NCBI GenBank assembly: GCA_001275005.1
Contig: JWZX01002887.1
Coordinates: forward strand, 1 to 54,585
Length of the DNA stretch: 54,585 nt
Origin: Chrysochromulina tobinii
Lineage: Eukaryota
Direction of reading: 5' to 3'
The translations under genes were made by a program, and so were the position numbers. Below the pieces are notes generated by a model, which was not told the DNA's origin, made no database searches, and saw nothing but the letters and a program-made list of their open reading frames with translations. Shown piece by piece: positions 38,157 through 48,333 of this stretch (its first letter is position 1; every line of letters starts with the position of its first letter).

Positions 38157-41100
38157 ATGGGTGTACGCAACCTCTGGACGCTACTAGCGCCGTGCGGCCG
38201 TCGCACGTCGGTGGACGCGCTCGCGCGGAAGCGCCTCGCCGTCGACGCCTCCATCTGGCTCATCCAGTTTGTGAAGGCCATGCGCGATGGCAACGGCGAG
38301 ATGATGCGGAACGCGCCACTGCTCGGCCTCTTTCGTCGCATCTGCAAGCTGCTCTACCTGCACGTGCGGCCGGTGCTCGTCTTCGACGGCGCGACGCCCG
38401 TGCTGAAGCGGCGCACCGTTGCCCGCCGGCAGGCGTTCCGGCAGCGCCAGGAAGGCAGCTTGCGCCGCACCGCCGAAATGATCCTGCTCAACCAGATGAA
38501 GGGCCGACAGTTGCTCCACGGCATCGTGGGCGTCGCCGACGCTGGTGGCTTTCCTGCCGCGGGTGCTAGCTCTGCCGCCGCGCATGCGTCGGTGCCGGTG
38601 CCCGTTTCCGCCTCCACTAGTGCGTTGGACGACGCTGTGGCCGCCTCTCAATTCGTCGAGGAGGATGCTTGGGTCAGCGCAGGCGCCTTCTGGGTGGACT
38701 CTGCGGCCGCGACGAGCGCGGCTGCTCGAGCGACGGACGCGCTCGCCGAGGCGGAGGAGCCCCAGGCGCGCCGCAAGTTCCATGCGGAGGGCCTTGGGGG
38801 TGGAGCTGCGCTGGGCGGCGCTGCGGGCGGCGGCGACCTCGAGGACGAGGCATTCGTCGAGGAGCAGCCTCCTCCGGATGAGGAGCTTGTGGGCGCGGCG
38901 GCGAAGCCACGTCGTAAGCGAAAGATCGCACAGCTCGACGACAGTGAGGAGGAGGAGGCGTCGGATGGGCTCCTGGGGCAGGGCGAGTCTCGTCAGCTCC
39001 TCGGGCAGGGCGAGTCGCGTCAGCTCGGACGCCACGGCAGCGTGCGGCTGGCGCGCTCGTCGGTGCCGATCGTCGACCGCGGCTCCGTCTTCACCGCTCA
39101 GGTCGTGTGGCCGGTGCACTCAGCTGAGGCGGCCCGCGCAGCGATGGTCCTGATGCGAGGAGAAGCTCCTGCCGCCGGTGCCGACCACAACATGACGGCG
39201 TTTCGCGTCCGGGAGGAGGGCAGGGTCCAGCAAGCCTACGAGGACGATGGCGAGGCCGGCGGGGGCTATCGACTCATGAGCTGTCTCGCGAGGCTCCGAG
39301 GGACCGACGTCGCCATCATGGTGTCGCGCGTGTACGGCGGCCGGAACTTGGGTCCGATCCGATTCGACCACATCAGCCGCGTGGCTGAAGACTTGCTTGC
39401 CGAGCTCCAGCATCAGCCTGACAAGGGCATTCCCCCCTCGGCGGGCTCGGGGCAGCCGACGGGTGGCGCTAGGAGCGCCGCTGGGGGTGGCGCTGGGGGT
39501 GGCGCCGGCTCCTCGGCGGTGGCGGGCCGAAGCAGCTCGTGCGCGCGCGCAGTCGATTGGGACTCTTCTCTCCAGCTGGTCGACGGGCCGACGCTGCAGG
39601 AGTGCATCGAGCGTGCGGCTCAGAAGCTGGGCCATAACCTGCACGACTCGCTCAGCCTGCAGCGGCTCGGCCAGGGCCAGTTGCTCGTGCCGCGTGCGGC
39701 CGAGCTTGATAGGGAGGTGATGAAGCGGCTGCCGCCGGCGATGCAGTTTGAGGTGCTCGAGGAGATCAAGCTGACCGAGCGCGCGCGTCGTCGTGACTCG
39801 CTCGTGCATGCCGCCACCGACGGGCTACACACGATCGAATCGTTCTCACACCAACAGCTGCTCAACTACATCGAGGTGTCCAAGGTAGCCGTCCAAGTGA
39901 ACGAGCTGCGTGCCGAGCTCTCGAAGGACAGAGACGGGTTCCGTCCGATCGCATCCGACGCTACGCGTAGGTACAGGCTCCACGACGAGGGCGCCCCCCT
40001 CGACGATGAGCAGCAAGAGCAGCAGCAGGAGCAGCAGCCCGAGGCGGCGGAGGAGGAGGAGGAGGTGGATCCAGTCGAGCGGCGCCGTCGTGCGCTCGAG
40101 GAGATCAAGGCTAAGCATGCCCAGCAGGCGGCGAAGCGGGCGGCGGCGGTGGCGGCAATGGCGGCGGGGCCGGCAGCGGCGGCGGAGGCGAAGGCGAAGG
40201 AAGGCGAAGGTGAAGGAGACACCGGCAACTTCAGTGACGACGACAATGGCGGCGGCGGCTTCTTTCCAGAGGCAGACGCAGGTGACGAGGGCGGTGGCGG
40301 CTTCTGTTCAGACATCGGCGGCGCATGCGCGGGCGGGGCGGTTGGCGTCAGCGCGCCGGATGCTGCTGAGACCGAGGAGGCCGAACTCGCGCGTGCGATC
40401 GCTCTGTCGTACGAAAGCCAAGCAACGGCGGCCCGCCGCCAAGGCAAGCAACGCATCGGAGCCTTGTCTTCGTCCTCGGGCACGGCCAGCGGCGGCACCG
40501 CCACACGGCCTTTGGGTGCGCCCGCACTTGGCGCCGCCACAGCGAGTGTGGCCCTCAACGGACGCAAGTTTGCGCTGGACTCGGACAGTGACGAGGGCGG
40601 CGGCGAAGAGGCGCAGCTGCAGCGAGCCCTGAGCTTGTCGCTCATGGAGCAGGAGCACGGCGCGCACGGCGCGAGCAGCTCTGTCAGCTGCACGGCCAGA
40701 GGACGTGCAGATCCGGAAGTGGTCGTGCTCAGCGAGGACGAAGCCGAAGTGACGGTCATTCGCGCGCCGCGGGGCCCTTTCGGAAGCGCCGCTGTGTTGG
40801 GCGCGCCGCTACTGCCAGCCGAAGACGAGGCCGAAGACGACGGTGTTGAAGTGTGCTACGAGATGGTGGATGAGGGCGAGGATGGCGCCGACGACGGCTT
40901 CGATGATCTCTTCTCGGCCGAGTTGCTCGCGAAGGCTGACGAGCGCCGACTGCAGAGGAAGCAGGAGCAGGAGCAGGAGCTGGAGCTGGAGCGGGAGCGG
41001 GAGCGGGAGCGGGAGCGGGAGCGGGAGCAGGAGCAGCTGCCCATCGACCTGTGCACCGAAGAGCCCGAGGCCATCACCACCGGCGCGGGCCCAGCCTTGA

Positions 41101-44000
41101 GCGCAGCCTTGAGCGCTGGTAGCGCCAGCATGGCCACGGCCAGTGGCGTCGTGCCAAGCGGTGCGGCGTGGCGGATGCATTTCAAGAAGCGCATGTGGAG
41201 TACTATGAAGCAGCCTGGGCATGAGACGTTGGCACAGCCGTTGGGCGAGCCGGGCGATGAAGGCGAGGCGCAGCAGGAGGGCGAGCGGTTTGCCGACGAG
41301 GAGGCGGCGGAGATGGCGATTGCGAGCGCGCTGCAGCTCAAGGGGCGTTCGCGCATTTGGGAGGAGGCGGTGGCGGAGGATGGAAGTGGAGAGCGTGAGA
41401 ACGTGCCAAGTGGCGTTCTGCGGGAGGAGGCGGAGGCAGCGAATGAGGGACAAGGCGAGGGCGAGGGCGAGGGCGAGGGCGAGGGTAAGGGCAGGCAGCA
41501 AAGGAAGCACCAAGTCGAGAGCGAGGGCGAGTACGTTGCGATGGATGAAGGTGCTTTGGAACGAGACGACGGAGGGGAGGTACAGGAGACTAGGGAGGCG
41601 GAGGAGGCGGAGGAGGCGGAGGAGGCAGAGGAGGCGGAGGAGGCGGAGGAGGCGGAGGAGAATGAGCAGGGGATGAGGGGAGGGGAGGATGGAGAGCAAG
41701 AGGGCGACGAGGTGGTGGAGGACGAGGAAGAAAACGACGATGAGGACGAGGACGCGAGGCAGCAGGACTCGCCCATCTCGCGCCGCCTCGCCGCGGAACG
41801 TGCGGGGCAGTTGCCGCCGCTCATGCCGCCACTGCCCCCAGCTCCAGCGCGGTCGACATGCCCGCCGCGAGCCAGGGAGTTGCCTGCCGACTATGAGGAC
41901 GAGGTGGGCGAGGTGAGCGAGGTTGAGGACCAGGCGAGCGCTGACACACGCGCCGAGGCGGACGCGGCGCGGCGCATCGCCCTTGAGGCCGAGCTCGAGG
42001 CCAATGAGCGCGAGGCTGACCGGCTGCAGCAGAATCAGAAGAAGCTCGCGCGTGACGCTGAGCAGGTGAGCGACGAGACGTACGCGGAGGCGAAGAGGCT
42101 GCTCAGCCTTTTTGGAGTGCCCTACATTGAAGCGCCCATGGAGGCGGAGGCGCAGTGTGCACAGCTCGAGCAGGCCGACTTAGTCGACGCGATCGCGACT
42201 GAGGACAACGACGCCTTCCTCTTCGGCGGCCGGTGCGTGTACAAGCATCTCTTCGATCAGAAGCACCACGTGGAGGTGTACTCGATGGACGACATCGAGG
42301 CCGAGCTCCACGTGTCACGTCGCGAGCTCGTAGCGCTTGCGCAGCTGCTCGGCTCCGACTACACGGACGGCGTGCACGGTGTGGGCGTGGTGAACGCGAT
42401 GGAGACGATCGCCGCGTACGGTGCCTCCGAGAGCGGCCTCGTCACCTTTGGCAAGTGGGTGCGTGCTTGGCGAGGCGACGGCGAGGAGGGCGAGGAGGGC
42501 GCGGCAGAGCCGCCGCCAGACGACGAGGAGGATGAGGTGGAGCCGAATGAGGCGGGCGACGCCGGGGAGGCGAGCGGCAGTGCCGCCAGCGTCCTCGCGC
42601 AGCGGCGCGCGCGCCGTTTAGCCTTCGAGAAGCGCCACCGCACCGTGCGTCGCAACTGGGTGCTCCCAGACACCTTCCCATCTTCGGCGGTGGCCGACGC
42701 GTACCTACGGCCGCACGTAGACAACAGCGAGGCGCCGTGCCAGTGGTCGCGCCCGGATCTCAGGGCGCTGCGCGAGTTCTGCCTCGACAAGTTTGGGTGG
42801 ACGCAGGCCAAAGCCGACGAGCTTCTGCTGCCGATGATGGCCGAGTACGAGAAGGGGCTCACCCAGAGCCGCATCGACCAGCACTTCTCCTTCGAGAGGC
42901 GCTTCGCCCGCGTGGACTCGACGCGGCTTGCGACCGCCATTGGGATCCAAACCGGCTCGAGAGAACTCGCGGTGCCCTTGTCGTACGCCGCAGGGCTCGC
43001 TGTGAAGAGCGGTGGCGCTGCTGTGAAGAGCGGTGCCGCAGGTGGGCGCGGGGCGGGGCGCAGGAGTAAGGGAGCCGGCCGAGGCAGGGGCGCTCGAGGC
43101 GGCGCGCGCAAGCTGGCGGGACCCAAGAGCAAAGCGCCCGCGGTGAAGAAGCCACGGCGTAAGCGAAAGGGTGCGCAGTCCGACGACAGCGACGAGGAGG
43201 ACGCGGCTGATGAGAGCGATGAGGGCGATGAGGAGGCGTCATTCGAGGGTGGCGCGGACACTGGCACGCTGCCTGGGACGGCAGAGTTGCATTACTGGGA
43301 TGGCACCGCCACGGCGGCCGCTGCCGTGGCGGCGCCTTCGTTGACGGTGCCGACGGTGCCGACGGTGCGTCCTCAGAAGCTGTCGGCCGTCGTGGCCACC
43401 TCAACGCCGGTGGCCACCCCTGCTACCACATCCGTAACCACATCCGTAACCACATCCGCAATTCCCTCCACAACTGCGTTGCCTGCCGCGGCCGCTGCTG
43501 CTGCTGTGCCCAAGCCCCGTTCGCAACGGGCGGCCTCATCGGCAACCACGGCCGCTTCAATGGAGGCCGAGGCCGCGGCGGCCGCTTGGAACAAGGCGAG
43601 CGAGCGCGCCGCAGCGGCGGCGGCGCGAGCTCGAGAGATGGCAGCCAAGGCGGCCGAGGCGCAAGCGGCGCTTGAGAGCATCGAAACCGCCAAGCGGGCC
43701 AAGCGAGCCGAGGAAGCCGCGGTGGAGGAAGCGGCGAAGGCGAAGGCGACAGCGGAGGCGGCGGAGGCGGCGGCTTCGGAGAGGGCGCTTCGTACCCACG
43801 ACGTGCAGATGCACGAGGAGGAGAGCGACGCGGCGCAGCTCGGCGCCGACACGACGAGGAGAGGCGAGGCGCCTCGTGACGTGGACGATGGGGCGCCGCT
43901 CGCTGCTGCGGACTTGGGCGACGCACTCAAGATGTCGCTCCCCCAAGCGGCTTTCGATGGGAGCCTCGGAGACGCTCTGCGGATGGCGATTGGGCAGTGA
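38157..44000 (+). CDS. XPG: XPG/Rad2 (ERCC5/UVH3-like) structure-specific endonuclease with an inserted IMPACT domain
   Basis: XPG-N MGVRNLW...LAVDASIWLIQF...RPVLVFDGATPVLKRRT. XPG-I LLSLFGVPYIEAPMEAEAQCA...TEDNDAFLFGG...LLGSDYTDGVHGVGVVNAME. FPS..VADAYLRPHVD; PIP box QSRIDQHF (about 42864-42887); UBM- and UIM-like motifs in the spacer. Confidence 0.93.
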   Translation: MGVRNLWTLLAPCGRRTSVDALARKRLAVDASIWLIQFVKAMRDGNGEMMRNAPLLGLFRRICKLLYLHVRPVLVFDGATPVLKRRTVARRQAFRQRQEGSLRRTAEMILLNQMKGRQLLHGIVGVADAGGFPAAGASSAAAHASVPVPVSASTSALDDAVAASQFVEEDAWVSAGAFWVDSAAATSAAARATDALAEAEEPQARRKFHAEGLGGGAALGGAAGGGDLEDEAFVEEQPPPDEELVGAAAKPRRKRKIAQLDDSEEEEASDGLLGQGESRQLLGQGESRQLGRHGSVRLARSSVPIVDRGSVFTAQVVWPVHSAEAARAAMVLMRGEAPAAGADHNMTAFRVREEGRVQQAYEDDGEAGGGYRLMSCLARLRGTDVAIMVSRVYGGRNLGPIRFDHISRVAEDLLAELQHQPDKGIPPSAGSGQPTGGARSAAGGGAGGGAGSSAVAGRSSSCARAVDWDSSLQLVDGPTLQECIERAAQKLGHNLHDSLSLQRLGQGQLLVPRAAELDREVMKRLPPAMQFEVLEEIKLTERARRRDSLVHAATDGLHTIESFSHQQLLNYIEVSKVAVQVNELRAELSKDRDGFRPIASDATRRYRLHDEGAPLDDEQQEQQQEQQPEAAEEEEEVDPVERRRRALEEIKAKHAQQAAKRAAAVAAMAAGPAAAAEAKAKEGEGEGDTGNFSDDDNGGGGFFPEADAGDEGGGGFCSDIGGACAGGAVGVSAPDAAETEEAELARAIALSYESQATAARRQGKQRIGALSSSSGTASGGTATRPLGAPALGAATASVALNGRKFALDSDSDEGGGEEAQLQRALSLSLMEQEHGAHGASSSVSCTARGRADPEVVVLSEDEAEVTVIRAPRGPFGSAAVLGAPLLPAEDEAEDDGVEVCYEMVDEGEDGADDGFDDLFSAELLAKADERRLQRKQEQEQELELEREREREREREREQEQLPIDLCTEEPEAITTGAGPALSAALSAGSASMATASGVVPSGAAWRMHFKKRMWSTMKQPGHETLAQPLGEPGDEGEAQQEGERFADEEAAEMAIASALQLKGRSRIWEEAVAEDGSGERENVPSGVLREEAEAANEGQGEGEGEGEGEGKGRQQRKHQVESEGEYVAMDEGALERDDGGEVQETREAEEAEEAEEAEEAEEAEEAEENEQGMRGGEDGEQEGDEVVEDEEENDDEDEDARQQDSPISRRLAAERAGQLPPLMPPLPPAPARSTCPPRARELPADYEDEVGEVSEVEDQASADTRAEADAARRIALEAELEANEREADRLQQNQKKLARDAEQVSDETYAEAKRLLSLFGVPYIEAPMEAEAQCAQLEQADLVDAIATEDNDAFLFGGRCVYKHLFDQKHHVEVYSMDDIEAELHVSRRELVALAQLLGSDYTDGVHGVGVVNAMETIAAYGASESGLVTFGKWVRAWRGDGEEGEEGAAEPPPDDEEDEVEPNEAGDAGEASGSAASVLAQRRARRLAFEKRHRTVRRNWVLPDTFPSSAVADAYLRPHVDNSEAPCQWSRPDLRALREFCLDKFGWTQAKADELLLPMMAEYEKGLTQSRIDQHFSFERRFARVDSTRLATAIGIQTGSRELAVPLSYAAGLAVKSGGAAVKSGAAGGRGAGRRSKGAGRGRGARGGARKLAGPKSKAPAVKKPRRKRKGAQSDDSDEEDAADESDEGDEEASFEGGADTGTLPGTAELHYWDGTATAAAAVAAPSLTVPTVPTVRPQKLSAVVATSTPVATPATTSVTTSVTTSAIPSTTALPAAAAAAAVPKPRSQRAASSATTAASMEAEAAAAAWNKASERAAAAAARAREMAAKAAEAQAALESIETAKRAKRAEEAAVEEAAKAKATAEAAEAAASERALRTHDVQMHEEESDAAQLGADTTRRGEAPRDVDDGAPLAAADLGDALKMSLPQAAFDGSLGDALRMAIGQ

Positions 44001-44394
44001 TGCCGCGATTCCGAATTCACGATAAATCCCAAAATACTGTAATCGAATCGTTGTTCCCTTCGTTGGGGCGTCGGGGCATGTGGGCCAATACATCAAAATA
44101 CGCGTACCGACTACCGTACCGCCGGACATCAACATGCCGGACCCCGGGACAACCGCCGCCGAATGGGACCTCGGAATGCGTGATCCGTGAATGTGAACCT
44201 GAGTACATTCGTACGGTGCCTTACAGAATACAGTATGGGCATGCACCATATCGATCCATCATGCGTCTGATGGCTTGCTGGTGCGCTGATTCTCAGCTGG
44301 GTCCACGTGGCCTCGTGGTGGCGCCCAAAACCAAGAAGTAGAATAGCACGTGGCACGACGAGCCAATGATGAAAGCTCCTGGCCTGCTTCGAAC

Positions 44395-45033
44395 TCATGC
44401 ACCCTCGTCTATGCAGACCAGTTTGTCTGGGGTCAGCCCTGTAAGGGCTTGCGCCCACAGCTGCGCGTCGGCTTCCAAGGCGATGGCAGTCGTCTTCGCC
44501 TCCTCGCCCAGGCCGGTGAGCTCCTCCTGCGCAATTCTGAGGAGTTCAGAACTGCTTGGCGCACGCAGCTCGGTAGGAAGCGGGACCATTTCTAATTTGG
44601 TAGCATTCATGATCGCGCCTCCCCCACTATCCAAGTAAATGGGCACCTCGGCACCGATGGTGTCCGCGCGATCATACCTGGCAGCATCAAACAACAGGCC
44701 CTGAACCTTGGCGCCCTTGGGCAATGATTTGCCAGCCTCGTCGACAACGCGTCGCACCGCATAAAAGAGCTTAACGAGTGCCTGCTGTGCGAACGTCACC
44801 TCGGATGTGCGCAGGTCGAGCCAGTACTCGTAGCTGCGCTCCTTCGCTGCCGGCACACCCCACACTTGTGAGAGCGGGTCGACTGTCTTGGGCCGCCACG
44901 ATGAGTCCATTGCGATCGCAGCTCGGCCACTGGCATGCGCCATGGCTCGATATATACTTGCATGGGCGACGCGATGTGCGTTGTGAGCTTCCGCCCACGC
45001 CGCCGACGCCGCCGGGAGCAGCAGCAGCAGCAT
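44395..45033 (-). CDS. Hypothetical protein, probably plastid-targeted
   Basis: 212-aa ORF with a signal peptide and a transit-like segment ending RAAIAM. Divergent from CCT7. Confidence 0.55.
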   Translation of the reverse strand: MLLLLLPAASAAWAEAHNAHRVAHASIYRAMAHASGRAAIAMDSSWRPKTVDPLSQVWGVPAAKERSYEYWLDLRTSEVTFAQQALVKLFYAVRRVVDEAGKSLPKGAKVQGLLFDAARYDRADTIGAEVPIYLDSGGGAIMNATKLEMVPLPTELRAPSSSELLRIAQEELTGLGEEAKTTAIALEADAQLWAQALTGLTPDKLVCIDEGA

Positions 45034-45366
45034 CGCAAAAAAATCTATAAGAACTATCGGGTTACGTTAGGAATCCTAGGGTGAAGGGTCCCCCCTTCCC
45101 CCGCTCCCCGCCGATTAACGGCCTGTGTCGGCCACACCTCCGTCCATTGCGATAGAGGCCCTCGTGCTTGGGGGTCCGGAGAGTGTGCTAAGCAAGCTAA
45201 TTAGTCGAAACACTTTCTTGCTTGAGAGTGTGCTCGTTTGTGTTTTCACACAGCAGCAACTTTTCCCACAACCAACGGCAGCGTCACGGGCGCCGCTCTG
45301 CCAAAGTGACGCAGATCGGCCAACGCGCCGCTCTTCGCCCCTGCCTACGCACCAATCCGCGCAGCC

Positions 45367-47237
45367 ATGCATCCGTCCCAGTTCATGCAGCCGCAGATTG
45401 TCTTGCTCAAGCAGGGCACCGACACCTCACAGGGCAAGGCGCAGCTCATCAGCAACATCAACGCGTGCCAGGCGGTGGTCGACGTGGTGCGGACCACGCT
45501 GGGCCCGCGCGGGATGGACAAGCTGATTCATGACGACCAGGGCAAGGTTACCATCTCCAACGATGGTGCGACCATCATGAAGCTGCTGCAGATCGTGCAC
45601 CCGGCCGCGGTCACGCTCGTCCAGGTGGGTGCCCCACAACCTCCACCGGCCCCTCGCAATCTTGATACGGTCACTTTGACAGCAAGCCCCTCGCACCCCT
45701 GAGGGTGGGCTCTCGTGCTGTGCTGCTGCGCGGGCCGCGCTGCTCACCATGTTCTCTCCCCGCCCCGCCGACCCCCCCCCTTCCTCTTCGCCCGCGTGCG
45801 CAGATCTCCATGTCGCAGGATGCAGAGGTGGGCGACGGCACGACGAGCGTGGTGCTGCTCGCGGGCGAGTTCCTGCGCGAGGCGAAGCCGTACATCGAGG
45901 AGGGCGTGCACCCGCAGGTGATCATCAAGGCCTACCGGCAGGCCTGCAAGCTCGCCACGGAGCGCATCGTCGAGCTCTCAGTCAAACTCGACCAAGAGTC
46001 GCCAGAGAAGCGTCGTGACATGCTCGAGAAGTCGGCGGCGACCTCTCTCAACTCGAAGCTCGTGTCGGGGCACAAGGACTTCTTCGCCAAGATGGTGGTG
46101 GACGCGGTGCTCTCGCTCGACCCGGAGGCCCCCAACCTCGAGATGATCGGCATGAAGAAGGTGCAGGGCGGCGCCCTGCAGGAATCCGTCCTCGTCGAGG
46201 GCGTCGCGTTCAAGAAGACCTTTTCGTGTGCAGGCTTCGAGCAGATGACCAAGGTGTTCGAGAACCCGAAGATCTGCCTGCTCAACGTCGAGCTCGAGCT
46301 CAAGGCCGAGCGCGACAATGCCGAGATCCGCATTGCGGATGTGGCCGCGTACCAGAAGATCGTGGACGCCGAGTGGGACATCATCTACGACAAGCTCGCC
46401 AAGATTCACAAGAGCGGTGCCAACATCGTGCTCTCCAAGTTGCCGATTGGCGACCTGGCGACGCAGTACTTCGCGGACCGCGGCATGTTCTGCGCGGGGC
46501 GCGTCGAGCACGGCGACATCATGCGCATGCAGAAGGCCACGGGTGCGATGATCCAGACCTCGTGCAATGACCTGAACGAGAAGGTGCTGGGCTCTTGCCT
46601 TCACTTCGAGGAGAAGCAAGTAGGCGCGGAGCGCTTCAACTTCTTCTCCGGGTGCAAGGTTGCCTCGTGCTGCACGCTCGTGCTCCGCGGCGGCGCCGAG
46701 CAGTTCATCGCGGAGGCCGAGCGCTCGCTCCACGACGCGATCATGAACACGCGCCGTCTGCTGAAGAACCCGTCGGTCATCGCGGGCGGTGGGGCCATCG
46801 AGATGGAGCTCTCGGCTTACCTGCGCGAGTACTCGCGCACCATCTTCGGCAAGCAGCAGCTGCTCATCTCGGCGGTCGCCAAGGCCCTCGAGGTCATCCC
46901 GCGCACCGTCTCGAGCAATGCGGGCATGGACCCGACCGATGTCCTCAACAAGCTGCGCATGAAGCACGCGCAGGGTGGCCGTTGGTACGGCGTCGATGTC
47001 GTCGAGGGCGGCATCTGCGACACGTTCGAGTCCTTTGTGTGGGAGGCGACCGTCATGAAGAAGAACGCGATCGAGTCCGCCATTGAGGCCGCGTGCCTCG
47101 TCCTCTCCGTCGACGAGACGATCCGCAACCCGTCGTCCGAGAAGCCCGACGCGAAAAACTACGGCCGCGGCGGCGGCCGCGGCATGGGCGGTCGCGGTCG
47201 CGGCCGTGGCGGCGGAGGCCTCCGCCAGATTAAGTGA
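45367..47237 (+). CDS. CCT7: T-complex protein 1 subunit eta; exons 45367-45624, 45804-47237
   Basis: [79 protein letters not shown]. The intron 45625-45803 is phase 0. Confidence 0.97.
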
Positions 47238-48333
47238 GATTGAGTGATCTGGCGGAGAATGGTCAAGGCGGAGATTAAGTGAGCGCGCCAATGGCCCTCG
47301 TCGCGGGCGATGTTTGGAGCATCCAATAAAGCAGCGGACGAATGGCCGCGCGGTGCAAGGAGCAGCTCGCGAGAGCAACGGCGCCAGGAAAGGGCTCAGG
47401 GTGGGAAGGCTGCTGGCTGCATGTACACTGCAGACTGAGAGCGAGCGCTATGAGTATGACAAGGCGAGATTCATTTTATTCCCAGGATTAACACAGACTG
47501 TTCAGAGCGCCGGCGCGCGCGTCCGCATGGCGGGTCCGGGTGCCACGAGCGGTCGGGTCCGGACGAGGCGACGCGACACCGGTCGGCGGAGCCGGAGGAA
47601 GCAACGAAGCATTACGTAAATTTATACTAAACTCAATACGATACACAACAGTCAATACTGAATAATCGCGGCGTTTTTTCGTTTCCGTGCCGCCTGCCGG
47701 CGGGGCGGCGGTCCCGCCGCCATGCCCGCCGCGCGGGGAGACGTCTGAGCACTCCAGGACCCAGCAAGCTTCAAAGCTACTAAGCTAGGGGCAGCCGCGA
47801 GCGGCGAGCACGGCCACGCGCGGCGCGCCCACTGAGGGGGGGCGGATCGGCGCTCGGGGCTGCCGCGGGCTGGGGGGCTAAGGGGGGGCGCGTCGTTGCG
47901 CCTGTTGATTCGTGCGTCACGTGCCCCGCACGGCCTTATACCTACTTCCAAATACGACAGGAGGTGCGCAGCAGCCGCCCATTGGTTGCCCACCCGCCCG
48001 CCCTGACAACCGGAGTGGCTGCTGAGAGAGAGAGAGGGAGACAGAGGGAGAGAAGGACTGAGAGCTTCAGTAAAATGCTACAGTACGTCCGGCAAAGGTG
48101 CCTTGTCGCGTTCGTGCCCCCGTGTGAACGTTAACACGACAGACGCGACAACCGGTGCTACCGTGTGTTGGCTAGTGTGGGGGGGCGGGGCGTCGCGTAG
48201 CGTTTCCGTAGATCGAACGGGTCCGACGTGTGCGTCGCTCGCACACCAGCCCGCTCGTCGCACCGCAGACCAGTACAGTACTTCACGGAAGATCTCATCA
48301 GAGTCTAAGATTTTTGCTCGGTTGTCGGTGCTT

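Noticed and set aside
45625..45803. CCT7 intron (also 6157-6239 and 7768-7810) as members of the repeat-intron family
   Set aside because: They show no junction duplication beyond the splice consensus, no CTGAT array and no shared 3' cassette; they look like ordinary introns.
45978..47378. Long antisense ORFs (e.g. 45978..47378, 29248..30993, 3443..4438, 280..1263)
   Set aside because: They are expected shadows of GC3-rich coding sequence on the opposite strand and show no domain motifs.
47240..48330. Possible MITE or ncRNA in the 1.1-kb intergenic region (GC-rich core, GA tract near 48023, TACAGTAC motifs)
   Set aside because: I could not find matching terminal inverted repeats, a TSD or a recognisable RNA fold by eye.
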